Of a stretch of 64,000 nucleotides of DNA, positions 37,903 through 46,869 are shown in pieces. The stretch comes from an uncultured Christensenella sp. Its GTDB lineage: Bacteria > Bacillota > Clostridia > Christensenellales > UBA1242. The notes under the pieces were generated by a model that did not search any database, was not told the DNA's origin, and worked only from the letters and a program-made list of their open reading frames with translations. Location: assembly GCA_949300385.1 (NCBI GenBank), contig CASGDZ010000001.1, positions 80,276-144,275 on the forward strand. The letters are read 5' to 3'. The first letter of the stretch is position 1. Each line of letters starts with the position of its first letter. The translations under genes and the position numbers were made by a program.

Positions 37903-39071
37903 TGAAAATTTTTACAGTAAGCCAAATTAACAAAATAATTAAAGACATAATAGACAACGAAATCATTTTAGAAGATATAATGGTCACAGGAGAGTTGTCT
38001 AGTTTTTCTATAACACGCGGGATCGCATATTTTACATTAAAAGATAGCGAAACAATGTTGTCAGGTATTCAATTCGGAGCAAAAACGAGTTTTAATATTG
38101 GCGATATGGTGCAATGCCGTGGCAATATAAAATATTATACTAAAACAGGGAAATTGTCATTTAATGCTCTAAATATTGAATTATGTGGTCAAGGTGAGTT
38201 ATATAAACAATTTATTGAATTGAAGAACAAATTGCAACAAGAAGGACTATTTGATGAGTCACATAAAAAGCCTTTGCCTAAATTTATCAATTCAATTGGG
38301 GTAGTAACAAGTAAGACAGGCGCTGTATTGCAAGATATTAAAAATGTGTCTACACGAAGGAATCCAAATTTAAATATTTATGTATATGACGCACAAGTGC
38401 AAGGCAATTTCGCCGTAGAGCAAGTAATAGAAGGAATTAATTATTTTGATAATTTCCTTGATGTTGATGCAATAATTGTTGCGCGTGGTGGCGGTAGCAT
38501 AGAAGATTTAATGCCTTTTAATGATGAACGATTAGCGCGTATGGCTTATATCTGTAATACTCCAATCATTAGTGCAGTAGGTCATGAAACCGATTATTCT
38601 ATATTAGATTTCGTTGCAGATTTAAGAGCACCTACGCCAAGTGCAGCAGCAGAATTAGTAACTTACGACAATAAGGACCTTATACGAAGAATTAAGGACT
38701 TATATATTAATATTGAAAATATGGTTACAAATCAACTAAAAAAAGAAAATGATAGAGTTAATTTGGCAGTCGGCGAAATAGAATATGAAATTTCAAGCAT
38801 TATAAATAATCAAACTTTATATATAAATTCATTATTAAATAAATTAGATAATGTAATTGATAATAAAATTGACAACACAAAATATAGCGTAGATTTATTA
38901 ATAAATACACTAGATAAACTAAATCCAATAAAAATATTAAAGTCTGGATACTCGTATGTTTCTAAAGATGGACAACCAATTAACAGAGATATTCAACTAG
39001 GCGACATGATAGATATCAGGACTAACACAATGGAATTAAAGGCAGAAGTTAAATCGAAGGAGATATTATGA
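37902..39071 (+). CDS. xseA: Exodeoxyribonuclease VII large subunit
   Basis: N-terminal OB fold (VTGELSSF…YFTLKD) and catalytic region (RGGGSIEDL…SAVGHETD). Confidence 0.92.
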   Translation: MKIFTVSQINKIIKDIIDNEIILEDIMVTGELSSFSITRGIAYFTLKDSETMLSGIQFGAKTSFNIGDMVQCRGNIKYYTKTGKLSFNALNIELCGQGELYKQFIELKNKLQQEGLFDESHKKPLPKFINSIGVVTSKTGAVLQDIKNVSTRRNPNLNIYVYDAQVQGNFAVEQVIEGINYFDNFLDVDAIIVARGGGSIEDLMPFNDERLARMAYICNTPIISAVGHETDYSILDFVADLRAPTPSAAAELVTYDNKDLIRRIKDLYINIENMVTNQLKKENDRVNLAVGEIEYEISSIINNQTLYINSLLNKLDNVIDNKIDNTKYSVDLLINTLDKLNPIKILKSGYSYVSKDGQPINRDIQLGDMIDIRTNTMELKAEVKSKEIL

Positions 39072-39274
39072 TTGAAAACAATATTACAAGATTAGAAGAA
39101 ATAGCAAAAATTTTAGAAAAAGGCACCACATTAGACGAAAGTTTAAAATTGTATGAAGAAGGATGTAAACTAGCAAAAACATGCCTAAAAGAGTTGGAAA
39201 AAGCCAAAGGAAAGATTATAATGATAAAAAAAGATTTTAATGTAAAGGATGAAGAAAATGGCGAAACAAGATAA
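39068..39274 (+). CDS. xseB: Exodeoxyribonuclease VII small subunit
   Basis: 68-aa helical protein (LEEIAKILEKGTTLDESLKLYEEG) that overlaps xseA. Confidence 0.88.
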   Translation: MIENNITRLEEIAKILEKGTTLDESLKLYEEGCKLAKTCLKELEKAKGKIIMIKKDFNVKDEENGETR

Positions 39275-40691
39275 ACAATTCGTAAATGATATTGCAGATA
39301 TAAATACAGATTTTGCGCAGTGGTATACTGATGTTATTTTGAAGACAGATATGGTTGATTATGGCCCTGTTAAAGGAACTATGGTTATAAAGCCTTATGG
39401 ATATGCTATATGGGAAAATATCCAAAATTATTTGAATAAAGAATTTAAAAAACAAGGTGTTCAAAACGCATATTTTCCAATGCTTATACCTGAAAGTTTT
39501 TTGAAAAAAGAAGCAGAACATGTGGAAGGTTTTGCTCCTGAAGTAGCTGTTGTCACTTATGCAGGTGGCGAAGAATTGAATGAGAAATTAATAGTACGCC
39601 CAACGAGTGAGACAATCATTTGCGCCATGTATTCTAAATGGATTAAATCATATCGCGATTTACCTCTTGCCATGAATCAATGGTGTAATGTCGTAAGATG
39701 GGAGAAAACTACTCGTCCATTTTTGCGTACAAGCGAATTTTTATGGCAAGAAGGTCATACAGTTCAAGCTAGTATGGCGGACGCTGAACGCGACACTCAA
39801 ACTATGTTAAAAGTTTATTCAGATTGTTTGCGCAATCTAATGGCAATACCTACGCTTACTGGTCGAAAGACTGAGAACGAAAAATTCGCAGGCGCAGAAG
39901 CAACTTATGGTATGGAAGCAGTTATGAAAGACGGAAAATGTCTTCAAGCTGGGACTTCACATAATTTAGGTCAAAATTTTGCAAAAGCTAGTGATATAAA
40001 ATTTTTAAATAAAGATGGAGTGCTTGAATATGGATATTCGACAAGTTGGGGTGTTAGTACACGATTAATTGGCGCTTTGGTCATGGTGCATGGCGATGAG
40101 CGTGGACTTCGACTTCCTCCAAATATTGCTCCTATTCAAGTTGCATTAATTCCTATTGCTAGCAAAGTTGACGGAGTTGTTGCAAAATGTGAACAGGTAC
40201 AAGAAGAGTTAAATAAGGCAGATATTAGAGTTAAATTTGACAATTCAAACAATACTCCTGGTTGGAAATTTAACGAATATGAAATGAAGGGTGTACCATT
40301 ACGCCTTGAAATTGGACCTAGAGATATTGAGAATGGAGTGGCAACAGCAGTAAGGCGTGATACTCATGAGAAATTACAATTACATTTAAATAATATTGTA
40401 AATGAAGTAGATGATTTGCTAAAAGACATTCAATCAAATATGTTACGTCAAGCGGAAGATAATCTTCAATCTTCAATGACTGAAACAGATGATTTTAATA
40501 CTTTGGTAGATGATGTTAACAATAGAAAAGTCGTATTAGCATATCACTGCGGAGATCCTGAGTGCGAAAGCGAAATTAAACAAAAAACAACTATAACTAC
40601 GCGTGTAATTCACTCTTATGATGATAACCACAAATGCATATATTGTGGCAAAAAGAGTAAATATCGTGTATATTTTGGTAAACAATACTAA
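39258..40691 (+). CDS. proS: Proline-tRNA ligase (archaeal/eukaryote-like type without INS domain)
   Basis: FAQWYTDVI…VKG…YGYAIWE start, class II motifs, and a C-terminal Cys-rich domain (HCGDPECE…CIYCG). The start could be ATG 39249 or 39258. Overlaps xseB. Confidence 0.9.
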   Translation: MAKQDKQFVNDIADINTDFAQWYTDVILKTDMVDYGPVKGTMVIKPYGYAIWENIQNYLNKEFKKQGVQNAYFPMLIPESFLKKEAEHVEGFAPEVAVVTYAGGEELNEKLIVRPTSETIICAMYSKWIKSYRDLPLAMNQWCNVVRWEKTTRPFLRTSEFLWQEGHTVQASMADAERDTQTMLKVYSDCLRNLMAIPTLTGRKTENEKFAGAEATYGMEAVMKDGKCLQAGTSHNLGQNFAKASDIKFLNKDGVLEYGYSTSWGVSTRLIGALVMVHGDERGLRLPPNIAPIQVALIPIASKVDGVVAKCEQVQEELNKADIRVKFDNSNNTPGWKFNEYEMKGVPLRLEIGPRDIENGVATAVRRDTHEKLQLHLNNIVNEVDDLLKDIQSNMLRQAEDNLQSSMTETDDFNTLVDDVNNRKVVLAYHCGDPECESEIKQKTTITTRVIHSYDDNHKCIYCGKKSKYRVYFGKQY

Positions 40692-40717
40692 AAAGTGGTC
40701 GATTGACCATTTTTTTT
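40692..40717 (+). terminator. Rho-independent terminator after proS
   Basis: aaagtggtc/gaccatttt stem, loop gatt, then T8. Confidence 0.7.
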
Positions 40718-40825
40718 GTAAAAAATATTATTATTATATATGTTTTTTAATATCATAAATAAACAATAAAATCTTTAATAAACCTTGTAATTTATTGTAT
40801 AATATGATAAACTAGATTAAATTGT

Positions 40826-41479
40826 ATGAATATTTATAGATGGTTTAGATCAATACCAGAAGAAAATAAATTAGTAGCATATGGCAAGTTGGCATTTGTA
40901 AAAAACTTGTTTTATTTTCTATTCAAAATTTTAGTAGGTATAATTTTTAAATCATGGTTCCTTATTACCATCGCATTATATAGTTTATGTATAGGAGTAG
41001 TTAAAAATATTTGTTCGCGCGGATTAAACGAAAAAGATGAAAGGAAAAATTTAGACAGATATATCATGGGTGGAGCAGTACTTACGGCTTCAAGTTTATT
41101 TTATATTGTTTATTCGATATTTCAAATGTTTATTCCGACAAACTTTGATTATAACATGATAATTGCTATTGCCATTGCAGCATTTGCTACATATAGCATA
41201 GTTGTATCTATAATCGGTGTTGTCAAAATGCGCGGTAAATCCGCATTAATTAAGGAATATAAACTTACAAATTTCGCAACCGCTTTCAATAACTTAGTAT
41301 TAGCACAAATCGCATTGCTTTCTTTCACTAGCAGTGAAGACATGAGTTTTTACAATGGTTTAATGGGCGTAATAGTTGGATTTATTATATTAACTACAAG
41401 TATTTACTTATTAATTGATGGTGTTAAACGAAGAAAAAAATATTATCAAGAAATCAATGATAAGGAAATCGAAAGTTGA
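40826..41479 (+). CDS. Hypothetical polytopic membrane protein
   Basis: 217 aa with about 5-6 hydrophobic helices and no recognised motif. No obvious SD. Confidence 0.55.
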   Translation: MNIYRWFRSIPEENKLVAYGKLAFVKNLFYFLFKILVGIIFKSWFLITIALYSLCIGVVKNICSRGLNEKDERKNLDRYIMGGAVLTASSLFYIVYSIFQMFIPTNFDYNMIIAIAIAAFATYSIVVSIIGVVKMRGKSALIKEYKLTNFATAFNNLVLAQIALLSFTSSEDMSFYNGLMGVIVGFIILTTSIYLLIDGVKRRKKYYQEINDKEIES

Positions 41480-41587
41480 TTTTACCACTATTAAAATAAA
41501 AAATTTATAATTATAAAAAGAAATATAAGACATATAAATAAATTTGTTATATTGCTTACAATAATTTTAATGATAAAAGGGGCACCT

Positions 41588-41977
41588 ATGAATACAAAAT
41601 ATCTTAATAAAATTGTTAATGTCGAAATTGATAGAAAAATGGGAAGTAGGCATCCTAAACACGGCTTTGTCTATCCTGTAAATTATGGTTTTATTCCTAA
41701 TACTATTTCTGGAGACGGCGAAGAACTAGACGCATATGTCTTAGGAGTATTTAAGCCTATTGAAAAATTTGAAGGCAAAGTCATTGCAATTATCCATAGA
41801 TTAAATGATAACGACGATAAATTGATAGTAGTACCTGAAAATAAAGATTATACCAACGAACAAATTAAAGCATTGACTGAGTTTCAAGAACAATGGTTTA
41901 AATCTCAAATTATAAGGTATGAACTAGACGCCCAAAATGGTGTTGAAATAAAAAAGAATATCGAAAATCTATTTTAA
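41588..41977 (+). CDS. Short inorganic pyrophosphatase-family protein
   Basis: …YPVNYGFIPNT…DGEELDAYVLG… resembles the family I PPase metal-binding core. ATG 41588 follows an AAAGGGG RBS. Confidence 0.65.
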   Translation: MNTKYLNKIVNVEIDRKMGSRHPKHGFVYPVNYGFIPNTISGDGEELDAYVLGVFKPIEKFEGKVIAIIHRLNDNDDKLIVVPENKDYTNEQIKALTEFQEQWFKSQIIRYELDAQNGVEIKKNIENLF

Positions 41978-42050
41978 CACTTATAATAAATTTATAAGAT
42001 AAAATTTTAATAATTTTTAAAATATTATTAAAATATCTTTTTTATAACAT

Positions 42051-42380
42051 TTACTTGATTAAATCTAATGAATCTTCAGTTAAAAGATCTAAATATTCTA
42101 GTTTTTCAATATCCATAAAAGAAATAAAATGTTCTTGTAAATAGTTTAAATTAAAATCTTTTTTTAAAAAGATAACGCCTTTGTTAAAACCAAATTCATT
42201 ATTTAGTTTTAAAAAATCTTTAATATATTCATTACTATATAATATTATATTATTTTTTGATTTATTTTTAAATTTATTTTCTAAAAGAATATAATAATCA
42301 TAGAGATCTTTTATATTGATTGACATTTTAGAAAATTTAATCATAAGAGACGAAACCATATCTTCTAATGTTATTATCAT
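42051..42380 (-). CDS. Hypothetical protein (orphan, extremely AT-rich)
   Basis: 109-aa ORF with a GGAGAA RBS, downstream of the tRNA-Glu terminator on the same strand. No recognisable family. Confidence 0.4.
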   Translation of the reverse strand: MIITLEDMVSSLMIKFSKMSINIKDLYDYYILLENKFKNKSKNNIILYSNEYIKDFLKLNNEFGFNKGVIFLKKDFNLNYLQEHFISFMDIEKLEYLDLLTEDSLDLIK

Positions 42381-42399
42381 AGATTTTCTCCGATTTATT

Positions 42400-42427
42400 T
42401 TAATAAAAAAGTGGACAATTCCACTTT
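42400..42427 (-). terminator. Rho-independent terminator after tRNA-Glu
   Basis: On the minus strand, aagtgga/tccactt stem with a 4-nt loop, followed by a T-run. Confidence 0.6.
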
Positions 42428-42502
42428 TGGTAGCCCTATGGGGAATCGAACCCCAGTCTCAACCGTGAGAGGGTCGCGTCCTAACCTCTAGACTATAGAG
42501 CC
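42428..42502 (-). tRNA. tRNA-Glu (anticodon CUC), CCA encoded
   Basis: The manual cloverleaf folds as GGCTCTA-TA-GTCT-AGAGGTTA-GGAC-G-CGACC-CTCTCAC-GGTTG-AGAC-TGGGG-TTCGATT-CCCCA-TAGGGCT-A-CCA. It has the Glu-type D arm GTCTAGAGG…AGGAC and a 4-nt variable loop. G1-U72 and U4-G69 are wobble pairs. Confidence 0.88.
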
Positions 42503-42621
42503 ATCTCAACTTTCTCAGTCTAGCATATTTTTTTCTTTTTTTCAAGTGTATTTACTATTTTTCTTAAAAATTTTATGATATAATCTAAAAAAATATAATT
42601 TATTTTAAATACAAAAGAAAA

Positions 42622-44148
42622 ATGCGGTCATTTATCAAAGAAAGGTGGTTTAATTATCGTCCATTATGTGTTGTTATGATTTTCCTAGCATTAGGAAGTA
42701 TTTTTGCTTTCTATATCACTAATAATCTCATCTTTACATTAATTTCATCAATTTTTATATTGTTACTTATCATTATAATTGCAATTGTTAAACGAAAATT
42801 ACAATACTTTTTAGTTCCAATATTGTCTTTTATTGTTGGGATATCTAGTTACTTTATCGCAGTCAATTTATTTACTAATGCGGGCGAACAATCTCCTAAT
42901 ATAATTCAAGCACGCGTTTATAGTGTTGATATACCTACGGACGGAAGAGTAAAATTATATGCCGATAGTGTGATATTTGATAAAAATAAGCAAAATTCAA
43001 ATTTAATTATTTATCTATATGATAATTCAAATATATTTGATGGGATAGAGATAGGTAGTGTTATTCAATTTGAGCCCACTAAAGTATACAAATCCGATTT
43101 ATTTTATTCTGGAATTCCAAACAGCAATATTTATACAAATAATCTTAAATATAGCGTGACTGCCAGCATAAATAAACTAACAGTAATAGGAAATGATAAA
43201 ACATTTGCTGAAAGTTTGCGCGAATATATAAAAGAAAATTTAAGCAACGGCTTAACAAATGAAAATACGGAGATTGCATATTCGGCTTTATTCGGCGATA
43301 AATCTCTATTAAGTGACGATCAATATTCCGCTTATAAATTAAGCGGAGTGGCGCATTTACTCGCAGTATCAGGTCTACATGTTGGAATTATTGTTGGAAT
43401 ATTGTTTTGGATTTTAAAACGACTAAAAATAAACGGTTGGAAGCGCGTTATAATTGTAGGCGTAATACTTTTGCTATATGCATATATGTGTGGGTTTTCT
43501 GTCTCAATTATCCGCGCGGTCATAATGACTTTAGTTTTGATGATAGCACCGCTTGTATTTAGGCAGTATGACAGCATATCTTCAATATCTTTAGCGGGAA
43601 TAATTGTATATTTTATAAATCCGCTAGCAGTTTTTGATGTCAGCACTCTTATGAGTTTTTCATGTGTATTTGGAATTGCGTTATTATATAGACCAATTTA
43701 TAATGCCCTTTGTAAAACACATATGCCTGTATTTTTATCGAAAAGCCTGGCAATGAGTTGTTCTACAACAATTTCGCTTTTATTTATCATGGCATACTTC
43801 TTTAAAACGCTTAATTTAATATCTATAATTGCAAATATAATTTTAATACCAATATTCACTATTGCTTTTACATTAGTTTTTGTTCTTTCATTAATCTCAA
43901 TGATAATCCCATTTGTTACTTATTTACTAGTGATTGTAAATCCAATATTTGATTTACTAAATTTAATAGCGATTGTATTAGGCAATTTGCCAATATCTAA
44001 TTTTTCAACAATGCATATAACTTACATATCAATATTTATATATTCCTTCATAATCACTTTAATTAGCCGTATGTGCAGGGCAGAGTATGAACATAGGGTA
44101 ATAATTTCGCTTCCAATAGTTGCATTGCTAGTGGTCAGTTTGGTATAA
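42622..44148 (+). CDS. comEC: ComEC/Rec2-family DNA internalisation channel (no metallo-beta-lactamase domain)
   Basis: Polytopic protein with the competence-domain motif SGVAHLLAVSGLHVGI. At 508 aa it lacks the C-terminal MBL domain of long ComEC proteins. Confidence 0.82.
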   Translation: MRSFIKERWFNYRPLCVVMIFLALGSIFAFYITNNLIFTLISSIFILLLIIIIAIVKRKLQYFLVPILSFIVGISSYFIAVNLFTNAGEQSPNIIQARVYSVDIPTDGRVKLYADSVIFDKNKQNSNLIIYLYDNSNIFDGIEIGSVIQFEPTKVYKSDLFYSGIPNSNIYTNNLKYSVTASINKLTVIGNDKTFAESLREYIKENLSNGLTNENTEIAYSALFGDKSLLSDDQYSAYKLSGVAHLLAVSGLHVGIIVGILFWILKRLKINGWKRVIIVGVILLLYAYMCGFSVSIIRAVIMTLVLMIAPLVFRQYDSISSISLAGIIVYFINPLAVFDVSTLMSFSCVFGIALLYRPIYNALCKTHMPVFLSKSLAMSCSTTISLLFIMAYFFKTLNLISIIANIILIPIFTIAFTLVFVLSLISMIIPFVTYLLVIVNPIFDLLNLIAIVLGNLPISNFSTMHITYISIFIYSFIITLISRMCRAEYEHRVIISLPIVALLVVSLV

Positions 44149-44149
44149 T
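44120..44149 (+). promoter_or_regulatory. Promoter of holA with leaderless-type geometry
   Basis: TTGCAT (44120-44125), 18 nt spacer, TATAAT (44144-44149) with TG at 44141-44142, 6 nt, ATG 44156. Overlaps the comEC stop. Confidence 0.4.
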
Positions 44150-44155
44150 ATAAAT

Positions 44156-45070
44156 ATGAAATTTATGGAATTAACCAAGTTACTTAGAGAAGAGATTAAG
44201 CCTGCGTACAATCTAAAAGGCGAGGATATCTTTTTAATCCAAACAGCAATTAAAAATTTGAAATCAACTTTGATTTCCGATTTTGAAGAATTTAATTTTA
44301 TGAAGTTTAATGGCGAAAAATTAAAGATTGATGAATTAAAGGCTCAAATCGATACTCTGCCTATTAATAGCGAACATAGAATGCTTTTAATTGATACGCC
44401 AAACTCAGAGATTATTAAATATTTAAACTCGTACAGGTACGAAGACAACACATGCGTAATAGTATGCATACATTCTGATAAGTTTACAAATGCAGAGATA
44501 GTCGATTGCTCATCTTTAGATAGAAAAGATATTTCAAAATATATCCTAAATTATTTAAATAAATTTGATATTTCAATTCATGAGCGCGCGCTTGATTATC
44601 TTATTGACTCTACAAATAAAGATATGTCAAAAATTCATAATGAATTGTTAAAGATAAGTGCTTATGCGTCTGATTTAGATGTTATAGATATGGATATTGT
44701 AACAAATTTGGTAGCAAATTCTTCTGAATATGCAACTTTTATGCTAACAAGTGCAATAGATGAAAAAGATTTAACAAAGTTTCAAACTATACTTTCTGAT
44801 ATGTCAAAATCTAGCACAATGTCTGAGATATTTTCATATATGGGGAAATATTTTCGTCGCATGCAATATATTGCGCTATCTAAAGACGATGAAAATATTG
44901 CAAAAATATTAAATATAAAACTTTATGCCGTGAAAATCTCAAGACAATATATCAAGAAAAATGGTATAAATTTTTATCTCAATCTTTACCAAAAATATAC
45001 CAATCTAGACTATGATATCAAGTCGGGTAAAATTAGTCCTACAAATGCAATGTACAAATTGGTGTTTTAA
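44156..45070 (+). CDS. holA: DNA polymerase III delta subunit
   Basis: 304 aa in the conserved comEC-holA / rpsT neighbourhood, with a clamp-loader delta-like length. Sequence similarity was judged by eye only. Confidence 0.75.
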   Translation: MKFMELTKLLREEIKPAYNLKGEDIFLIQTAIKNLKSTLISDFEEFNFMKFNGEKLKIDELKAQIDTLPINSEHRMLLIDTPNSEIIKYLNSYRYEDNTCVIVCIHSDKFTNAEIVDCSSLDRKDISKYILNYLNKFDISIHERALDYLIDSTNKDMSKIHNELLKISAYASDLDVIDMDIVTNLVANSSEYATFMLTSAIDEKDLTKFQTILSDMSKSSTMSEIFSYMGKYFRRMQYIALSKDDENIAKILNIKLYAVKISRQYIKKNGINFYLNLYQKYTNLDYDIKSGKISPTNAMYKLVF

Positions 45071-45071
45071 T

Positions 45072-45737
45072 ATGAATAATGACTTGATTAAACCAACAAA
45101 GTTAGTGCGCACACGCAGAAAGTCTATTGCTTTAATAATTAATAATAGGGGAGAACTAATAGTTCGTGTGCCTGTGCGTGTTAGTGAAAAAGACATCTAT
45201 GAATTTATTATTAAAAAAGCAAACTGGATTATTGAAAAGCGAACAAAAATAAAAAATAATCCATATATTACAATCACACCAAAATCAAATGAAAAAATAC
45301 CTATATTAGATACGATTTATGATATTGAATTGTATAATCTTTCTCGTGCAAAGATTGTTGAAAATAAATTGTTTGTACCTAATGAAAATTCAAAGGAAAA
45401 ACTTATAAATTTTTTAAAGAAATATGCTAGAAAGTATTTAAATGAGCGTGTAGCAGAATTGGCTAAAAAGTTTTGTTTCAATTATAAAAATATTTCAATT
45501 AGTTCTGCTCATACTAGATGGGGTTCATGCAATTATTACAATTCACTGACTTTTACATATAAACTAATCTTATGTCCGAAATTTGTTGTTGACTATATAA
45601 TTATTCATGAATTATCTCACACTATCGAGAAAAATCATAGTAAGAAATTTTGGAGTCTAGTAAAAAAATGCTTACCAAACTATAAAGATTGTGAAAAATG
45701 GCTAAAAGACAATCGCTCTATTATAGATTTAATTTAA
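45072..45737 (+). CDS. YgjP-like (DUF45/M48-like) metal-dependent hydrolase
   Basis: HELSHTIEKNHSKKFW zinc motif. ATG 45072 is preferred over track start 45012. Confidence 0.8.
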   Translation: MNNDLIKPTKLVRTRRKSIALIINNRGELIVRVPVRVSEKDIYEFIIKKANWIIEKRTKIKNNPYITITPKSNEKIPILDTIYDIELYNLSRAKIVENKLFVPNENSKEKLINFLKKYARKYLNERVAELAKKFCFNYKNISISSAHTRWGSCNYYNSLTFTYKLILCPKFVVDYIIIHELSHTIEKNHSKKFWSLVKKCLPNYKDCEKWLKDNRSIIDLI

Positions 45738-45764
45738 AAAGTGGGTGAGATAACCCATTTTTTA
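45738..45764 (+). terminator. Rho-independent terminator (plus strand)
   Basis: gtgggt/acccat stem followed by T7. Confidence 0.65.
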
Positions 45765-45768
45765 TTAT

Positions 45769-45791
45769 AAAAAAACGCCATATAAATGGCG
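45769..45791 (-). terminator. Rho-independent terminator after rpsT (minus strand)
   Basis: cgccat/atggcg stem, loop ataa, with a T-run on the minus strand. Confidence 0.7.
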
Positions 45792-45806
45792 AGTTAATTC
45801 TATTTT

Positions 45807-46058
45807 TTATTTCTTATAACTACTTAATCTAGCTTTCTTTCTATTAGCAGTTGCTTTTTGCAAAATGCCCTTAGATACAGCTGAATCGATAAGTGAAAAT
45901 GTCTCGCTAAGAATTGTTGTTGCATTTTCTTCATTATTATCAACAGCGCTCTTATATTTTTTTACATAAGTAGCGATTTTTGTCTTATATGATTTATTTT
46001 CCATAGTTTGTCTGTCGATAACTTCGATGCGTTTTTTAGCTGATTTAATATTAGCCAT
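45807..46058 (-). CDS. rpsT: 30S ribosomal protein S20
   Basis: MANIKSAKKRIEV… The GGAGG RBS lies inside the longer track ORF, so ATG 46058 was chosen. Confidence 0.95.
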   Translation of the reverse strand: MANIKSAKKRIEVIDRQTMENKSYKTKIATYVKKYKSAVDNNEENATTILSETFSLIDSAVSKGILQKATANRKKARLSSYKK

Positions 46059-46196
46059 ACAAACCTCCATTTGACTTAGAGTATACCAAATAATTTATTA
46101 AATTGCAAGTGCTTTCACAATATTTCTACAAAATTGTTGACCTTTTTTTATTTTTTTAATGAACAATTTTTTTATTATATAAATAAATAGTTATAT

Positions 46197-46868
46197 ATGT
46201 TGAATAAATTAAAGCCAACTATAGCCATAATTGATAGTGGCATTGGTGGTATAAGCATACTTAGATCGTTAATTAACAAATATGGCGTAGGAAACTTTAT
46301 ATATTATGCTGATAATCTTTATATGCCATATGGAACACGCTCGAAAAGTTTTGTGAAAAATAGAATTGACTACTTAATAAGATTGTTGCGTGACACTTAT
46401 AAGGCGAACATAATTATAATAGCATGCAACACAGCTTCTTCCGCAATAGATAATTTTAAATATGATAATGTGTACACGATGCATTTTGATAATAAATATA
46501 CATATTTAGCTACAAGTTTAACAAAGAAAAACAAACCGAGTTTAAAAGTCATACCAGACAAAACTTTGGCTAAAATGATAGAAAAAAACATTTTTAATAA
46601 GCCAGTATTAAAAAGAATTATCAGGGATCATGTTAAAAAATACAAACTAGATTCATATAAAAATTTAGTATTAGGATGCACTCATTATGAATTAGTGGCC
46701 GATTTATTTAAAGAAAATTGTCCTGATACAAATTTTATCTTAAACAGCAACGCCACTTTAGAGCAATTGTCATTTGACCCGAAAGAAGAACAATTAACGA
46801 TCAAAATATTGATGAGTAGATATAGCCAAAGTTATTACGAAAAAATAATGAAACTTATAAGGAGTTAG
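46197..46868 (+). CDS. murI: Glutamate racemase (short form)
   Basis: IAIIDSGIGG, the first catalytic Cys in IACNTAS, and the second in LGCTHY. Confidence 0.8.
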   Translation: MLNKLKPTIAIIDSGIGGISILRSLINKYGVGNFIYYADNLYMPYGTRSKSFVKNRIDYLIRLLRDTYKANIIIIACNTASSAIDNFKYDNVYTMHFDNKYTYLATSLTKKNKPSLKVIPDKTLAKMIEKNIFNKPVLKRIIRDHVKKYKLDSYKNLVLGCTHYELVADLFKENCPDTNFILNSNATLEQLSFDPKEEQLTIKILMSRYSQSYYEKIMKLIRS

Positions 46869-46869
46869 T

